From positions 1 through 57,022 of the IMG/VR virus record IMGVR_UViG_2124908045_000001: DNA of 57,022 bases; one strand, written 5' to 3'. This DNA comes from a virus (Duplodnaviria; Caudoviricetes). This document shows positions 1 through 9,388 of this stretch, piece after piece. The stretch's first letter is position 1. Every line of letters starts with the position of its first letter. The notes under the pieces were generated by a model. It saw only the letters and a list, made by a program, of their open reading frames with translations. It had not been told where the DNA came from and made no database searches. The position numbers and the translations under genes are program-made.

Positions 1-23
1 ACCGGCAGGCGATGGAAGTGCTC
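1..23. repeat. Terminal direct overlap, identical to 57000-57022 (circular contig)
   Basis: ACCGGCAGGCGATGGAAGTGCTC at both ends. Confidence 0.97.
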
Positions 24-332
24 ACCCAGGAGATGGCACAAATCAATCCCGAGATGCCTTACGGCACCCGGAATTTCGGCGGCAAATGGCGCGCAGTGCT
101 CCCGCATGTGTGCGTGAACGCTGATGGTGTCGTGGAACCCATCGACAACCGGCTGGAGAACCAGGTGCAGTTCCTGTCCACGTTCCAGTTGGCGATTCGA
201 CCGTTCCACACGGAATGGTCTGAGGCGATTTTCCATCAGGGTGAACCCCAATGCGTAGTGGCGGTGCCGAACTGCTCAACCTGTGCTCACCCAGAGCAGG
301 CGTACGATTCGGCGAACACAGTTTGTCCGTAA
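1..332 (+). CDS. Major capsid protein, C-terminal part (continues from 55955 across the circular junction; about 458 aa in total)
   Basis: Same frame as the open frame starting at ATG 55955 once the 23-bp overlap is merged; lies after portal and scaffold; followed by a strong hairpin. Confidence 0.75.
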   Translation, partial: RQAMEVLTQEMAQINPEMPYGTRNFGGKWRAVLPHVCVNADGVVEPIDNRLENQVQFLSTFQLAIRPFHTEWSEAIFHQGEPQCVVAVPNCSTCAHPEQAYDSANTVCP

Positions 333-347
333 ACAGGGTCCGTGGTC

Positions 348-387
348 ACGGCGGCAGTGGTTTGGGGATTCCACTGCCGCCGTTTTC
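348..387 (+). terminator. Intrinsic terminator-like hairpin after the capsid gene
   Basis: 13-bp stem ACGGCGGCAGTGG / CCACTGCCGCCGT followed by a short T run. Confidence 0.7.
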
Positions 388-398
388 GAGCAACTGAT

Positions 399-695
399 AT
401 GGCTGACGACTACTACCAAGGGGAATCGAGTCCCGCGCCGGAAGGTTCCGATGAAGACAAGCGCGAGGAGTCTGATTCCGAGTCGGCGCTCCTGCCAAAA
501 AGCTTTTTCGGTTCTAAAGACCTTGAGGTGGGCAAGACCTGCGAGGTTAAGATCGTTCATTTGTACGAAGACGAAGCCGAGGTTGTGTACGTGTCCCACA
601 AAAAGAAGGACAAGGACAAAGCGCAACCCAAAGACGATGACGATAACGACTCGCCCTTCACCGACGAGCGCATGGCTTCAATGGGAGTAATGTGA
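399..695 (+). CDS. Acidic hypothetical protein downstream of capsid
   Basis: ATG 399 (MADDYYQ...) in operon position. Confidence 0.7.
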   Translation: MADDYYQGESSPAPEGSDEDKREESDSESALLPKSFFGSKDLEVGKTCEVKIVHLYEDEAEVVYVSHKKKDKDKAQPKDDDDNDSPFTDERMASMGVM

Positions 696-1019
696 GTGCC
701 ATCCACGCCACAACAGATAGCCGCGGGGGCCAGTTGTCTGGATTGCCAGATTCCCGTGGGCCTGCAATGGCCCGTGCTGATTGCGCAGTGGGCAGAAATG
801 GCTGGTGTGGCTGCTGATGCCCAAGCTCTGGTGGACAGCGCCAAGTGCATGGCTTGTATCCCGCCAGGAATGCAAATGCAGGTGATGATTTACCTGCTGT
901 CTCAAATAGCGGGCATCACTGACGTGCAGACCATCATGGAGAACGCCAAATGTTTCTCGTGCCTGCCGCAGGGCATGGAGGGAGCGGCGATGATTTATTT
1001 GACCGACCAGCTTACATGA
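696..1019 (+). CDS. Protein with three AxCxxC(x)xP repeats, probably virion-associated
   Basis: ASCLDCQIP / AKCMACIP / AKCFSCLP. Confidence 0.7.
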   Translation: MPSTPQQIAAGASCLDCQIPVGLQWPVLIAQWAEMAGVAADAQALVDSAKCMACIPPGMQMQVMIYLLSQIAGITDVQTIMENAKCFSCLPQGMEGAAMIYLTDQLT

Positions 1020-1020
1020 A

Positions 1021-1401
1021 ATGGCAACACCTTCGGAGATTGCTGCGGGTGCCACTTGTTACGCCTGCGTGCCTAACAAGATGGATGCGCTTCTGTATCT
1101 GTTCGCAACGATTGCCGGTGTGGCGGACCCAGCTACCATAGCCGCGAACGCAGCCTGCTATGCGTGTATCCCTAACAAGGAAGACGCCCTGCTTTACCTT
1201 GCTGATTTGATTGCGACGAACGGCACTGGAGGTGGGGGTGGCGGCGCAGCCGCTGGCTGCATGCCCACGACAGCCGGTAATCCTGAGGGGGTGCTGGTAT
1301 CCACCTGCACTCCATCACTGGCTGTCGATCCGGCAACATCCGCGATTTACCTCTTTACCGGCGTGGCCGGAACCAGTGTGGGGTGGGCGCTTAAAGTATG
1401 A
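1021..1401 (+). CDS. Protein with two AxCYACxPNK repeats, Gly linker and C-terminal domain
   Basis: ATCYACVPNK / AACYACIPNK; repeat resembles the upstream gene. Confidence 0.7.
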   Translation: MATPSEIAAGATCYACVPNKMDALLYLFATIAGVADPATIAANAACYACIPNKEDALLYLADLIATNGTGGGGGGAAAGCMPTTAGNPEGVLVSTCTPSLAVDPATSAIYLFTGVAGTSVGWALKV

Positions 1402-2897
1402 AAACACGAACATTGGCGTTGGGTATCCTTCTTGGTGTGGCGGCGATGGTGTCACTGGCCATCGTGTATATCGACGACACGAGATACTTCTGGCGGCTCA
1501 ACACGACCAACTCTCTCGGCAATTTCGTGGAATTGATGGTGTCGAATAAGTCCGTGATGACCATTTCCACCAACACGGGCGCAGTGGGCTTCAACACAAA
1601 CAACACGGCGCGGAGTTTTGTGGTGCAGGGCAAGCAGCCAAGCACCAATGCGACCGGGAACGGCACGGCGGCGACTACTTCTGGCGCAATTGTAATGGCA
1701 TCCGGCAACGGTGGCCATACCGCGCAACCCACCACCGGAACAGGTGGTCAAGGCGGTCAATTTCAGTTGCTCAGTGGGGCTGGGGGTAATGCCAACAGCG
1801 CCCAAACGAACGCTACGGGCGGAAATGGCGGAGCGTTTACATTGACGGGCGCTAATGGTGGCGACGGGACGGACAGCGGCGGTGCGGCAACTAACGCTTC
1901 AACGGGTGGAATTGGCGGATTTTTTACCATGACGGCGGGTAGTGGGGGCAGTCCCGGCGCTGCTGCAACAAATACAGTGGGTGGCGCTGGTGGCGACTTC
2001 AATATGACGGCGGGCAATGGGGGAACCCCAACGGCTGGCCGCGCGAGGAAAAGTGGTAATGCTGGTGGAATGACAATGGCGGCAGGATCGTCAGGCGCAA
2101 GCACACGAACCAATTCCGGCCTTGGCGGAACCATCTCGTTGGTTGCGGGGAATTCTGGTGCGGTATCCACGACGCCTGGAAGTTCCGGCGATGCGGGTGC
2201 CATTGCACTTACCGCAGGCAATTCCGGCAACGCAGCAGCCGGTGGTAATCCCGGCACTGCGGGCCAAGTCCTGATTACGGGCGGTACGGGCGGCACTGGT
2301 GATACAAACGCCAATGGTGGCGACATATTCATTGCGGGCGGTGCGTCGTCAGCTAATGCGGGCAATGTGCTGCTTGGCGTAACCGTCGTAGGGACAGTGC
2401 GTGGCAATGTAGGTGTCGGCACCAACGCTCCTCGCGCCAAGCTGCATGTCGCTGGTGATATCGCCATGACTGGCACAGCCATTCCGGCCTATTTGGCGGC
2501 ATCTCCCACGAACAACGTACAGGCCACTAATTGGTTCGGTCGCGTTCATTCTGCCGCCACGGCGGTGATTGAGGCGGCGTTCAACCAGTACTCCGAACTG
2601 GTCGTGACCAATCGCATTGCCGCCGCTACCACCATCACACTGACCAATGGCTCTCCCGGCTACGCCGGTATGAGAATCACCGTCCTTGGAGAAATCAGTG
2701 GCGGCACATCACGCACCGTCACGCTTGTGGCCAACACGGGACAGCTTATCGCGAATCTCGATATTTTAGGTACGGCGCTGGCAACCTCTTACGCTTTCAC
2801 GCTGACGAACGGCAATGCTGTGACCATCTCTGATGATATTCGCCAGCTTAACGGCACGAATGTCCACATGATTGTGAGCCGCCAGTTCGCGTTTTGA
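1398..2897 (+). CDS. Glycine-rich tail fibre/adhesin-like protein with signal-peptide-like N-terminus
   Basis: Repeated GGxGGxFxL/MTAGxGG units; GNVGVGTNAPRAKLHVAG fibre motif. Confidence 0.65.
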   Translation: MKTRTLALGILLGVAAMVSLAIVYIDDTRYFWRLNTTNSLGNFVELMVSNKSVMTISTNTGAVGFNTNNTARSFVVQGKQPSTNATGNGTAATTSGAIVMASGNGGHTAQPTTGTGGQGGQFQLLSGAGGNANSAQTNATGGNGGAFTLTGANGGDGTDSGGAATNASTGGIGGFFTMTAGSGGSPGAAATNTVGGAGGDFNMTAGNGGTPTAGRARKSGNAGGMTMAAGSSGASTRTNSGLGGTISLVAGNSGAVSTTPGSSGDAGAIALTAGNSGNAAAGGNPGTAGQVLITGGTGGTGDTNANGGDIFIAGGASSANAGNVLLGVTVVGTVRGNVGVGTNAPRAKLHVAGDIAMTGTAIPAYLAASPTNNVQATNWFGRVHSAATAVIEAAFNQYSELVVTNRIAAATTITLTNGSPGYAGMRITVLGEISGGTSRTVTLVANTGQLIANLDILGTALATSYAFTLTNGNAVTISDDIRQLNGTNVHMIVSRQFAF

Positions 2898-3754
2898 TGA
2901 AAGCATTTGCCGCATTACTGCTATCTGCCGGACTGCTGTTCGCGGCAGATACTCGCTCGCTTCTGCTCGCGCGCAACAACGCTTCAGCCCCACCCGCTAC
3001 GCCGCCTGTGGCGGGATTCACGTTGTGGCTGGATGCTCAAGACGCGTCCACGATGTTCACAAATGGCATTGGCACGGTGCCCACCGTTGCGGCGGGGAGC
3101 GATCTGCTCGGCGCGCGGGTGGGCAAGTGGGTGGATAAATCTAGCGGTGGCACCAACCACGTCTTTGAAATTGGGGATCTGGCTGCTGAAGATACGCGAC
3201 CGTATCTCACGAATGGCGTGTTTGGTGCGCGGAGTGCGCTGCGATTCGCAGCGAACGCCACAGGCAGGAGCGCCCTGCAATCTTCCAACAACACGGTGTT
3301 CGGCACGGCGTCGATCACCGACTCGTTCACGCTGCTGGCTGTTGGAGCGCTGCAAACCAGCGGTGATTCGTTCGATATTTTCTTCAGTTGGAAAGCCGCC
3401 ACGTTTGAAATGCTCCAGAACAACGCGGCGCTGGATGTTCTGTTCGTTACACCGCTCTTCTCCGCTGCGACGGGACCGATTGTAGAGAACAAGGGCTACG
3501 TCTTCACCTACATCTTTGACAATCCTGCCGACACACTAACGTGTTTCACGAACCTGGCGCAGGCGTCCACCGTTGGTAGTGTGGTGGCCAACAATCCCGG
3601 CACAGCAAAATTCGCCATCGGCAGGCGGGTGGATGCGACCGTGGTGAATTTCTGGCACGGCTTCGTGGGGGACGTGCTGGTTTATCCAATCGCTCTGACG
3701 GGCGCCGACCTGACCAACTCGATCACCTTTCTGAAGGACAAGTACGGTTTCTAG
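2894..3754 (+). CDS. LamG/concanavalin-like domain protein (putative receptor-binding)
   Basis: LWLDAQD...WVDKSSGG...FAIGRR...WHGFVGDVLVY pattern; hydrophobic N-terminus. Confidence 0.65.
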   Translation: MMKAFAALLLSAGLLFAADTRSLLLARNNASAPPATPPVAGFTLWLDAQDASTMFTNGIGTVPTVAAGSDLLGARVGKWVDKSSGGTNHVFEIGDLAAEDTRPYLTNGVFGARSALRFAANATGRSALQSSNNTVFGTASITDSFTLLAVGALQTSGDSFDIFFSWKAATFEMLQNNAALDVLFVTPLFSAATGPIVENKGYVFTYIFDNPADTLTCFTNLAQASTVGSVVANNPGTAKFAIGRRVDATVVNFWHGFVGDVLVYPIALTGADLTNSITFLKDKYGF

Positions 3755-3788
3755 TGGCTATCTGAAGCGCAACCCCTACGCTCAGGGC

Positions 3789-4487
3789 ATGATTAAACTT
3801 GTTCTGTTGACGTTGCTTACGATTCTTCCCGCCTTTGGGACTGTAAAACTCCCATTCCTTTACAACTGCTGGCAATTCGAGGACACGTCAGTCGGTGTAA
3901 ATGCGCAGCCGTTTGAGATTGCGACTCCCGCCTACGAAGCTGGCGTTTTCGGTAACGCCCTGCGCTGTAACGGCACAAATTCATCCGGTGGCGTCGCCAT
4001 TGGCACTGGCACCTTCGTTTATCACGAGAGCTTCACGGGATTGGTATGGCTCAAGCCGTATTCGCTGGCCATCAATCAATTGATCGTGGATTCCCGAGTG
4101 TCATCCGGGTCCGGGATGGTGCTACAGCTTGGCAACAGTGGCGTCCCCGGCATCCTGATTTTCGGACTGAAGGAGGGCGCAGTGCAGCGCAACGTCTACG
4201 CCACGAACTCGCTGTCGACGAATACGTGGTATTGCGTGTTTTTCGGCTTCAATTCAGTGACGGGCAAGACATTCCTGCGAGTGAACGGCGCTCAAGAGGA
4301 CGCGCTGGTATTTCCGATTGTCCCAAGCACAGCCCCGGCAGGGAACATCGCCATCGGCACATCACCAACCCTCGGCGGCGTGGCACTGGATGGTGCAGTG
4401 GACATGTTCACGCTCTGGAAAGGCCGCGTGCTTAGCAATACCGAGATGACCGAGATTGAGAACGGCGACAGCTATCCGTATCGTTGA
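3789..4487 (+). CDS. LamG/concanavalin-like domain protein
   Basis: GVFGNAL...FTGLVWLKP...WYCVFF...LDGAVD...VLSNTEM pattern. Confidence 0.7.
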   Translation: MIKLVLLTLLTILPAFGTVKLPFLYNCWQFEDTSVGVNAQPFEIATPAYEAGVFGNALRCNGTNSSGGVAIGTGTFVYHESFTGLVWLKPYSLAINQLIVDSRVSSGSGMVLQLGNSGVPGILIFGLKEGAVQRNVYATNSLSTNTWYCVFFGFNSVTGKTFLRVNGAQEDALVFPIVPSTAPAGNIAIGTSPTLGGVALDGAVDMFTLWKGRVLSNTEMTEIENGDSYPYR

Positions 4488-4730
4488 AATGAGTTGAAGC
4501 CACGGCTTGTGTTCCACGAGGAACAATCGCACAGTCGCTGCGTGGGAGCGAAACGCCGCAAAGATGAAGTAGCTGAATCCATTGAGTTTCTGGCTAAGGT
4601 GCTGCGGCGTTTCCATGAGGTGCCATTGCGCGTCTCAGTCGAGATTCACGAGTGCGCGCCAGCGCCAAAGCCGCCGAGTGTTCGGTTTGGTTTTGGTGTG
4701 GGAATGCCTCATAAAAAGGAGAAACAAAAT

Positions 4731-5057
4731 ATGCCGCTGGAACTGAAAATCACAAACGAGCAGAAAATCAAAGTCACACTCACGCCCAAGACCGACACGG
4801 GCAAGCCTGCGCCGCTGGACGGCGTGCCGACGTGGGAAGTTGTGTCGGGCAACTCGACGGTGGTAGTTGCCGCTGATGGACTCTCGGCGGACTTGGTGAG
4901 TGCCGACGATCCGGGCGACACGCAGTTTCTGGTTTCCGCAGATGCGGATTTAGGGGATGGAGTTGAGACCATCTCTGACACCATCAAGCTTACTGTAGCC
5001 GGGGCGCTGGCTAAAAACTTGGGACTGACGGCAGGGCAGCCCGAGCCGAAGGCATAA
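4731..5057 (+). CDS. Ig-like beta-sandwich small protein (possible longer in-frame start at 4494)
   Basis: AAGGAG ribosome-binding site before ATG 4731; beta-rich sequence. Confidence 0.65.
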   Translation: MPLELKITNEQKIKVTLTPKTDTGKPAPLDGVPTWEVVSGNSTVVVAADGLSADLVSADDPGDTQFLVSADADLGDGVETISDTIKLTVAGALAKNLGLTAGQPEPKA

Positions 5058-5060
5058 GTT

Positions 5061-5219
5061 ATGGCCAACATCGCTCTCGCCATTTTCCTGATCCTGTTCG
5101 GTGTGACCATGCTGGTAAACACGGAGATACCAAAGTGGGTCGTTGGACTTGCCGCCGTGATTACCGGCCTGATTGTGCTGGCGGGTGGAAGTTGGTGGCG
5201 GAAATCGCCCCCGCCCTAA
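5061..5219 (+). CDS. Small two-TM membrane protein (holin-like)
   Basis: MANIALAIFLILFGVTMLV...WVVGLAAVITGLIVLAGG; not in the ORF track, read manually. Confidence 0.6.
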   Translation: MANIALAIFLILFGVTMLVNTEIPKWVVGLAAVITGLIVLAGGSWWRKSPPP

Positions 5220-5578
5220 TGCGTCGCTGGGCCTACCTGCTGGTTCTGTGGCTCCCGTTGCCAGCAGGTGCCCAGACCAACGCGCCACAGCAAACATCGG
5301 CGTCCGCCATCATGCGAACCCTGTGGGACGACATGGGGCACCCGATCCCACCTGCGTCTGCGCATTGGCTTACTGCTCCCACTGTTGTAGTGGACGTGCT
5401 GGTGACTCAGGCGGTGGCCATCACGGTGGTGAGCATTGTCACGAGCCAGGAATGCGTGCGGGTGGTCTTTCACAAACAAGGCCAGTGGCGCACCAACGAC
5501 CTGACGCTGACACCGCCTGTGATTATTTCCACAACCACCAATGCGTACCCGCTCTCGAACGCGCCGCTTGTCCGTTAA
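5219..5578 (+). CDS. Secreted-type hypothetical protein
   Basis: TAATG coupling; MRRWAYLLVLWLPLPAGA signal-like start. Confidence 0.55.
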   Translation: MRRWAYLLVLWLPLPAGAQTNAPQQTSASAIMRTLWDDMGHPIPPASAHWLTAPTVVVDVLVTQAVAITVVSIVTSQECVRVVFHKQGQWRTNDLTLTPPVIISTTTNAYPLSNAPLVR

Positions 5579-5700
5579 TCCACGCCGGGAGATTGAGGCG
5601 CAATTCCGCGTGCTGCCGCGCTGGCGCGAACTGGAGGATGCCTGCGCCCGAGGAGAGAACGCGTTGCTGAAGTATTACCTGCGCAACGCCGCGCCGGAAC

Positions 5701-5922
5701 TCAAGGTGCTGGCGGCGTGAGCGCAGCCTCGGCTTTGCCCGCCAGTTTACCCTCGGCGTGACTTTTGGCGGCTGTCGTAATCACAAGCTGCTCCCGCACA
5801 GAATTCATGTGGTGTTCCAATTGTTTCATTTTGAATCCAATCCACGCGACCGCGACAGTGCCAATCGTGCTCACTATCAGTGAAATCAATTGTGTTGTGG
5901 AACTGTCCATCGTTGGTGACAA
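5701..5922 (-). CDS. Single-TM protein (holin-like)
   Basis: Hydrophobic helix followed by a coiled, charged tail. Confidence 0.55.
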   Translation of the reverse strand: MSPTMDSSTTQLISLIVSTIGTVAVAWIGFKMKQLEHHMNSVREQLVITTAAKSHAEGKLAGKAEAALTPPAP

Positions 5923-5925
5923 TGG

Positions 5926-6270
5926 TTGATTATGAGGCTGCTGCCAATCCTTTTACTTGCGAGCGCGCTCGCCACGTCGGCGCAAACCATCACGCGAATG
6001 CTGGAGTGGGATTATCCCGTTAATGAATTGAACGCGTCGCTCGTGTTCCGCGTTCACTCAACACTGGATGTCATGACGCCAGCGGCGCAGTGGGCAGTGG
6101 TCGCCACGATCACAAACGTGACCACGGGAACCACTGGCGCAGTTGTGACAATTCGCTTGCCGCAGGAGTTCTTCGCCGTCTCCGCGAGCAACGCGATTGG
6201 TGGCCCGGTTTTTTCCGAAGTTCTCGTAGCGAAGCTGCCAGCTACGGGAACCACGCTGCGCTTCCGCTAA
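5926..6270 (+). CDS. Secreted-type beta-rich protein (FN3-like)
   Basis: Signal-like N-terminus; LEWDYP...FRVHS...FFAVSASN. Confidence 0.55.
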   Translation: MIMRLLPILLLASALATSAQTITRMLEWDYPVNELNASLVFRVHSTLDVMTPAAQWAVVATITNVTTGTTGAVVTIRLPQEFFAVSASNAIGGPVFSEVLVAKLPATGTTLRFR

Positions 6271-6371
6271 GACTGCGCCATACAGCGGGCAGCAAACGCG
6301 GTAAACTCATCACACCCCGGCGCAATGCAGTGCCGCCAATCCCATTTCCGCTGTCACGCTGATTTTAGTTG

Positions 6372-6400
6372 TTGACAGGTGTGTGCAGCCGTGGTGAACT
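6372..6400 (+). promoter_or_regulatory. Candidate promoter of the recombination operon
   Basis: TTGACA at 6372; TGTCACGC motif at 6352-6359. Confidence 0.45.
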
Positions 6401-6435
6401 GCGCGTATCGACATGCGATTCAACACGCTGACGCA

Positions 6436-6681
6436 ATGATTCTGAAACGCTTAACCATCGAACTGGCCACCTACGGTGACAATAAGGGCAAATACGAAGT
6501 GACCATTGAGGTCATGGAAAACTACAACGAAATCAAGCTGGCACTCCCACCTGAAATGGGTGCGGCGATGGTTGTGCAAGCCAAGGACATGATTCACAAA
6601 TTCTCCAAGCGCGCCGCCGACCGGCTGCATGAGGAATTGCAATTGGCCACACCGGAGCCGGTGAAACAGATTGAGGCATGA
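6436..6681 (+). CDS. Hypothetical protein
   Basis: First gene of an ATGA-coupled operon. Confidence 0.65.
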   Translation: MILKRLTIELATYGDNKGKYEVTIEVMENYNEIKLALPPEMGAAMVVQAKDMIHKFSKRAADRLHEELQLATPEPVKQIEA

Positions 6682-6872
6682 ACTGTCCATATTGCACCAA
6701 GCGGGTTCATGGTTGGACGGGGTTGCAGGAAGCCCAGAACTTTCGGAAGCACCTTAACAGGTGCCGCAAAAACCCGCAGAATATGCTTACGGATGGCGTA
6801 AATACTGTTCGGTTGGACAAGAAATTCGATCTCCTCGACGCGCTTAAGGTGCGCGCGGAAAGCGGCCAATGA
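6678..6872 (+). CDS. Small Zn-finger-like protein
   Basis: CPYC...HLNRC; coupled. Confidence 0.6.
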   Translation: MNCPYCTKRVHGWTGLQEAQNFRKHLNRCRKNPQNMLTDGVNTVRLDKKFDLLDALKVRAESGQ

Positions 6873-7600
6873 ACACCGACAAAGCCCTAACCACTCGCGA
6901 GCCGCAGGAGTTGACGGTGCTTCAGCCCACTCCGATGGAGCTTCTGAAGGCGGCATTGCACGGCGGCATCACAGAGCAGAACATCGCCGTCGTTGAGCGC
7001 ATGGCCGCGCTGGCGGAACGGTTTGAGGAGCGCAACGCGGCCAAGGAATTCGCCCGCGCCTTCAGCGCGTTGCAGGCAGACTTGCCTGTTATTGTGGCGT
7101 CGTCGGTAATTCCAAACCGTGGTAAGTACGAGCGTTTTGAGGATGTGATGCGGCAGATACAGCCACACCTCACAGCGCATGGCTTCACGGTGTCTTTCTC
7201 CAACGATTTCCGGGAAGGGCGCATCATTGAGACGTGCTGCCTGAAGCACATTGGCGGGCACTCGCAATCCAATAGTTTCGCCGTGCGCGTCGGTGCCAAG
7301 GCGGACTCAGAAACACAAGCCGACTGCAAGGCGGCAACGACGGCCAAGCGCAATGCGCTCCTGAATGCGCTCAATGTAATTATCCGGCAAGACTGCCTGA
7401 ACGCTGAAGACGATCCACGACTAGAGAGTGGCGGCGTTGTGTCTGAGGAAACCGCGTTTGAGTTGGAGCGGCGGGTGAAGGAGTCGAACAGCAACGTGGA
7501 AGCCTTTTTGAAATTTGCCGGCGCCAAAACGTTCGCGCAGATTTCCGTAGATGCGTACGAGCGGTGCGACGATATGCTGCGAAAAAAGGAGCGGAAATGA
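6869..7600 (+). CDS. ERF-family single-strand annealing protein
   Basis: AFSALQADLP...KYERFEDV...GFTVSF...AATTAKRNALL; adjacent exonuclease. Confidence 0.8.
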   Translation: MNTDKALTTREPQELTVLQPTPMELLKAALHGGITEQNIAVVERMAALAERFEERNAAKEFARAFSALQADLPVIVASSVIPNRGKYERFEDVMRQIQPHLTAHGFTVSFSNDFREGRIIETCCLKHIGGHSQSNSFAVRVGAKADSETQADCKAATTAKRNALLNALNVIIRQDCLNAEDDPRLESGGVVSEETAFELERRVKESNSNVEAFLKFAGAKTFAQISVDAYERCDDMLRKKERK

Positions 7601-8280
7601 TCGTCCATCCAGCACCACAGGGAAGTTTGGAATGGCTTCAGGCCCGAGCCGGGGTGATTACCGCGAGTGAATTCGACAACATCGTGACAAGTGAATTCGA
7701 GATTCGCAAAGGCGAGATGCCGAAAACCTATCTGTCGCGCAAACTGGCCGAGAAGTGGCTTGGAAGCTCGCTGGCTGGCTTTCAGAGCGTGGATATGGAC
7801 ATTGGTTCCGTGTTGGAAACTGAAGGCATTCCGTTTTTTGAACTGATGACCGGCCAAGAGGTTCAGCGAGTCGGTTTGATCACCACCGATGACGGGCGAG
7901 TCGGTTGCAGCCCGGATGGGTTGCTTGATGACGATTCGGGGATCGAATTGAAATGCGCGCGGCCCGATACTCACACCAAGTATTTGCTCGCGGGTGTCGT
8001 CCCCAAGGAATACCGCCCCCAAGTGCATGGGGCCATGTTCGTGACTGGCCGTCCGCGCTGGGTCTTTATGTCCTACTGCCGTCGAATGCCGCCGCTGATC
8101 ATCACAGTCCAGCGCGATGAAAAAATCATAGCCGTGCTTGGGGAGGCGTTGGCCGCATTTCTTACTGACCTTTCAGCCGGTTGGGATCGTCTCGTGAAAC
8201 TCAACGGTGGTCCACCACGCCGCACGCTTTCGGAAGCCAGGGAGAAACAGGAGAAGTTCGTATCCACTACGCCAACATGA
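7597..8280 (+). CDS. YqaJ/lambda-type exonuclease
   Basis: QGSLEWLQARAGVITAS, GCSPDGL, IELKC, Y-x-x-Q motifs. Confidence 0.92.
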   Translation: MIVHPAPQGSLEWLQARAGVITASEFDNIVTSEFEIRKGEMPKTYLSRKLAEKWLGSSLAGFQSVDMDIGSVLETEGIPFFELMTGQEVQRVGLITTDDGRVGCSPDGLLDDDSGIELKCARPDTHTKYLLAGVVPKEYRPQVHGAMFVTGRPRWVFMSYCRRMPPLIITVQRDEKIIAVLGEALAAFLTDLSAGWDRLVKLNGGPPRRTLSEAREKQEKFVSTTPT

Positions 8281-8567
8281 TAACAAAAACCGCCGCGTTC
8301 CAAACGTCAGACCAGAAAACCCACGCTACACTGGAGGAGGCTCAACAACACGAGCTTGAAATCCTACTGACACCAGCAGGCTTTGATGAAGAGACGCCAA
8401 AGATTTGCCAGCAACTGGTTCAGGTGGCTGATAAGGTAGTGGACATACTCACGACGACAGCGACGAGCAAGCCGCGCGCCCGTAAAGTGAACGGGGGCAC
8501 AAAGAAGCGCACACCGAAGGTGGACCCCGCCGCAGTGAACCGCGCGCTCCAGGATGGAAAGCAATAA
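8277..8567 (+). CDS. Hypothetical protein
   Basis: ATGA-coupled; FQTSDQKTHATLEEA. Confidence 0.65.
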   Translation: MITKTAAFQTSDQKTHATLEEAQQHELEILLTPAGFDEETPKICQQLVQVADKVVDILTTTATSKPRARKVNGGTKKRTPKVDPAAVNRALQDGKQ

Positions 8568-8942
8568 ATGCCAATCTCGCAATTCCAATACAACGAAATG
8601 CTGTGCCGACTGGAGAATTCGACACGCTCGCGCAATCATCCATCCGTGCGAGAGAACGCTGTGAAGCGTGAGGAAGATCTGCATGATTCTATCATCGACT
8701 TCTGCGAGGAGCGCGGCTGGCTTTATTTTCATGGCTCAATGGCACACAAGACGTACCGCACCAAAGGTGAACCAGACTTTCATATTTGGGCTGACGGCGG
8801 ACGCAAGTTCGCGTTTGAGTGCAAGTCGCGTCTCGGCAAACTTTCTACTGCACAGCTTGGCGTTATCGCGCACGCGAAGCAGCTTGGTCACACCGTTCAC
8901 GCCATTGGCTCCATTGAGGAGTTCAGAGAACACGTAAAGTGA
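8568..8942 (+). CDS. VRR-NUC / PD-(D/E)XK nuclease
   Basis: GEPDF...FECKSRLGKLSTAQ. Confidence 0.85.
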   Translation: MPISQFQYNEMLCRLENSTRSRNHPSVRENAVKREEDLHDSIIDFCEERGWLYFHGSMAHKTYRTKGEPDFHIWADGGRKFAFECKSRLGKLSTAQLGVIAHAKQLGHTVHAIGSIEEFREHVK

Positions 8943-9388
8943 CCATCGACCAAGTGAAACACGACGCCAAAACCTTGGTAGCCAGTAATGGGCATCTGCT
9001 GGCGGCTGCTGCGCCAACACCACGACAGTTGTGGCTTGCTAAAGTAGCCCAGCGCCGCTTCGAGCGGAAACACTTCTTCGCCTTGGAATCCGAGCGATTG
9101 CACGTGGTGGATTTGTGCATCAAGCACACCTGTGAATTGCTTACCGTGACAGATACGGCCCTGCTTGGTAAATCCAGGATAGCCAAGCTCGTGGACAAGC
9201 GCCACATCGCCATGACAGTGGCCTACGAATTGTCAGGCTTGGGAACATGGAAGCTGGCGCGATTGTTCAAGCGCAAGTGCCACAGCAACATTCTCTACGC
9301 ACAGAAGCGGGTGAACACCGACAAGGGATTGCGCCAACAAACTGACTGCGTGGCGGGAGCGGTGAATAAGGAGTTGGTGAAGAAATGA
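8939..9388 (+). CDS. Protein with a DnaA domain IV-like (C-terminal HTH) region
   Basis: RHIAMTVAYELSGL...LARLFKRKCHSNILYAQKRV resembles DnaA RQIAMYL...DHTTVLHA. Confidence 0.7.
   Translation: MTIDQVKHDAKTLVASNGHLLAAAAPTPRQLWLAKVAQRRFERKHFFALESERLHVVDLCIKHTCELLTVTDTALLGKSRIAKLVDKRHIAMTVAYELSGLGTWKLARLFKRKCHSNILYAQKRVNTDKGLRQQTDCVAGAVNKELVKK

Noticed and set aside
6922-8028. 368-aa minus-strand ORF and similar long antisense ORFs (e.g. 50389-51111, 51157-51969)
   Set aside because: Shadows of well-supported genes on the other strand in GC-rich DNA
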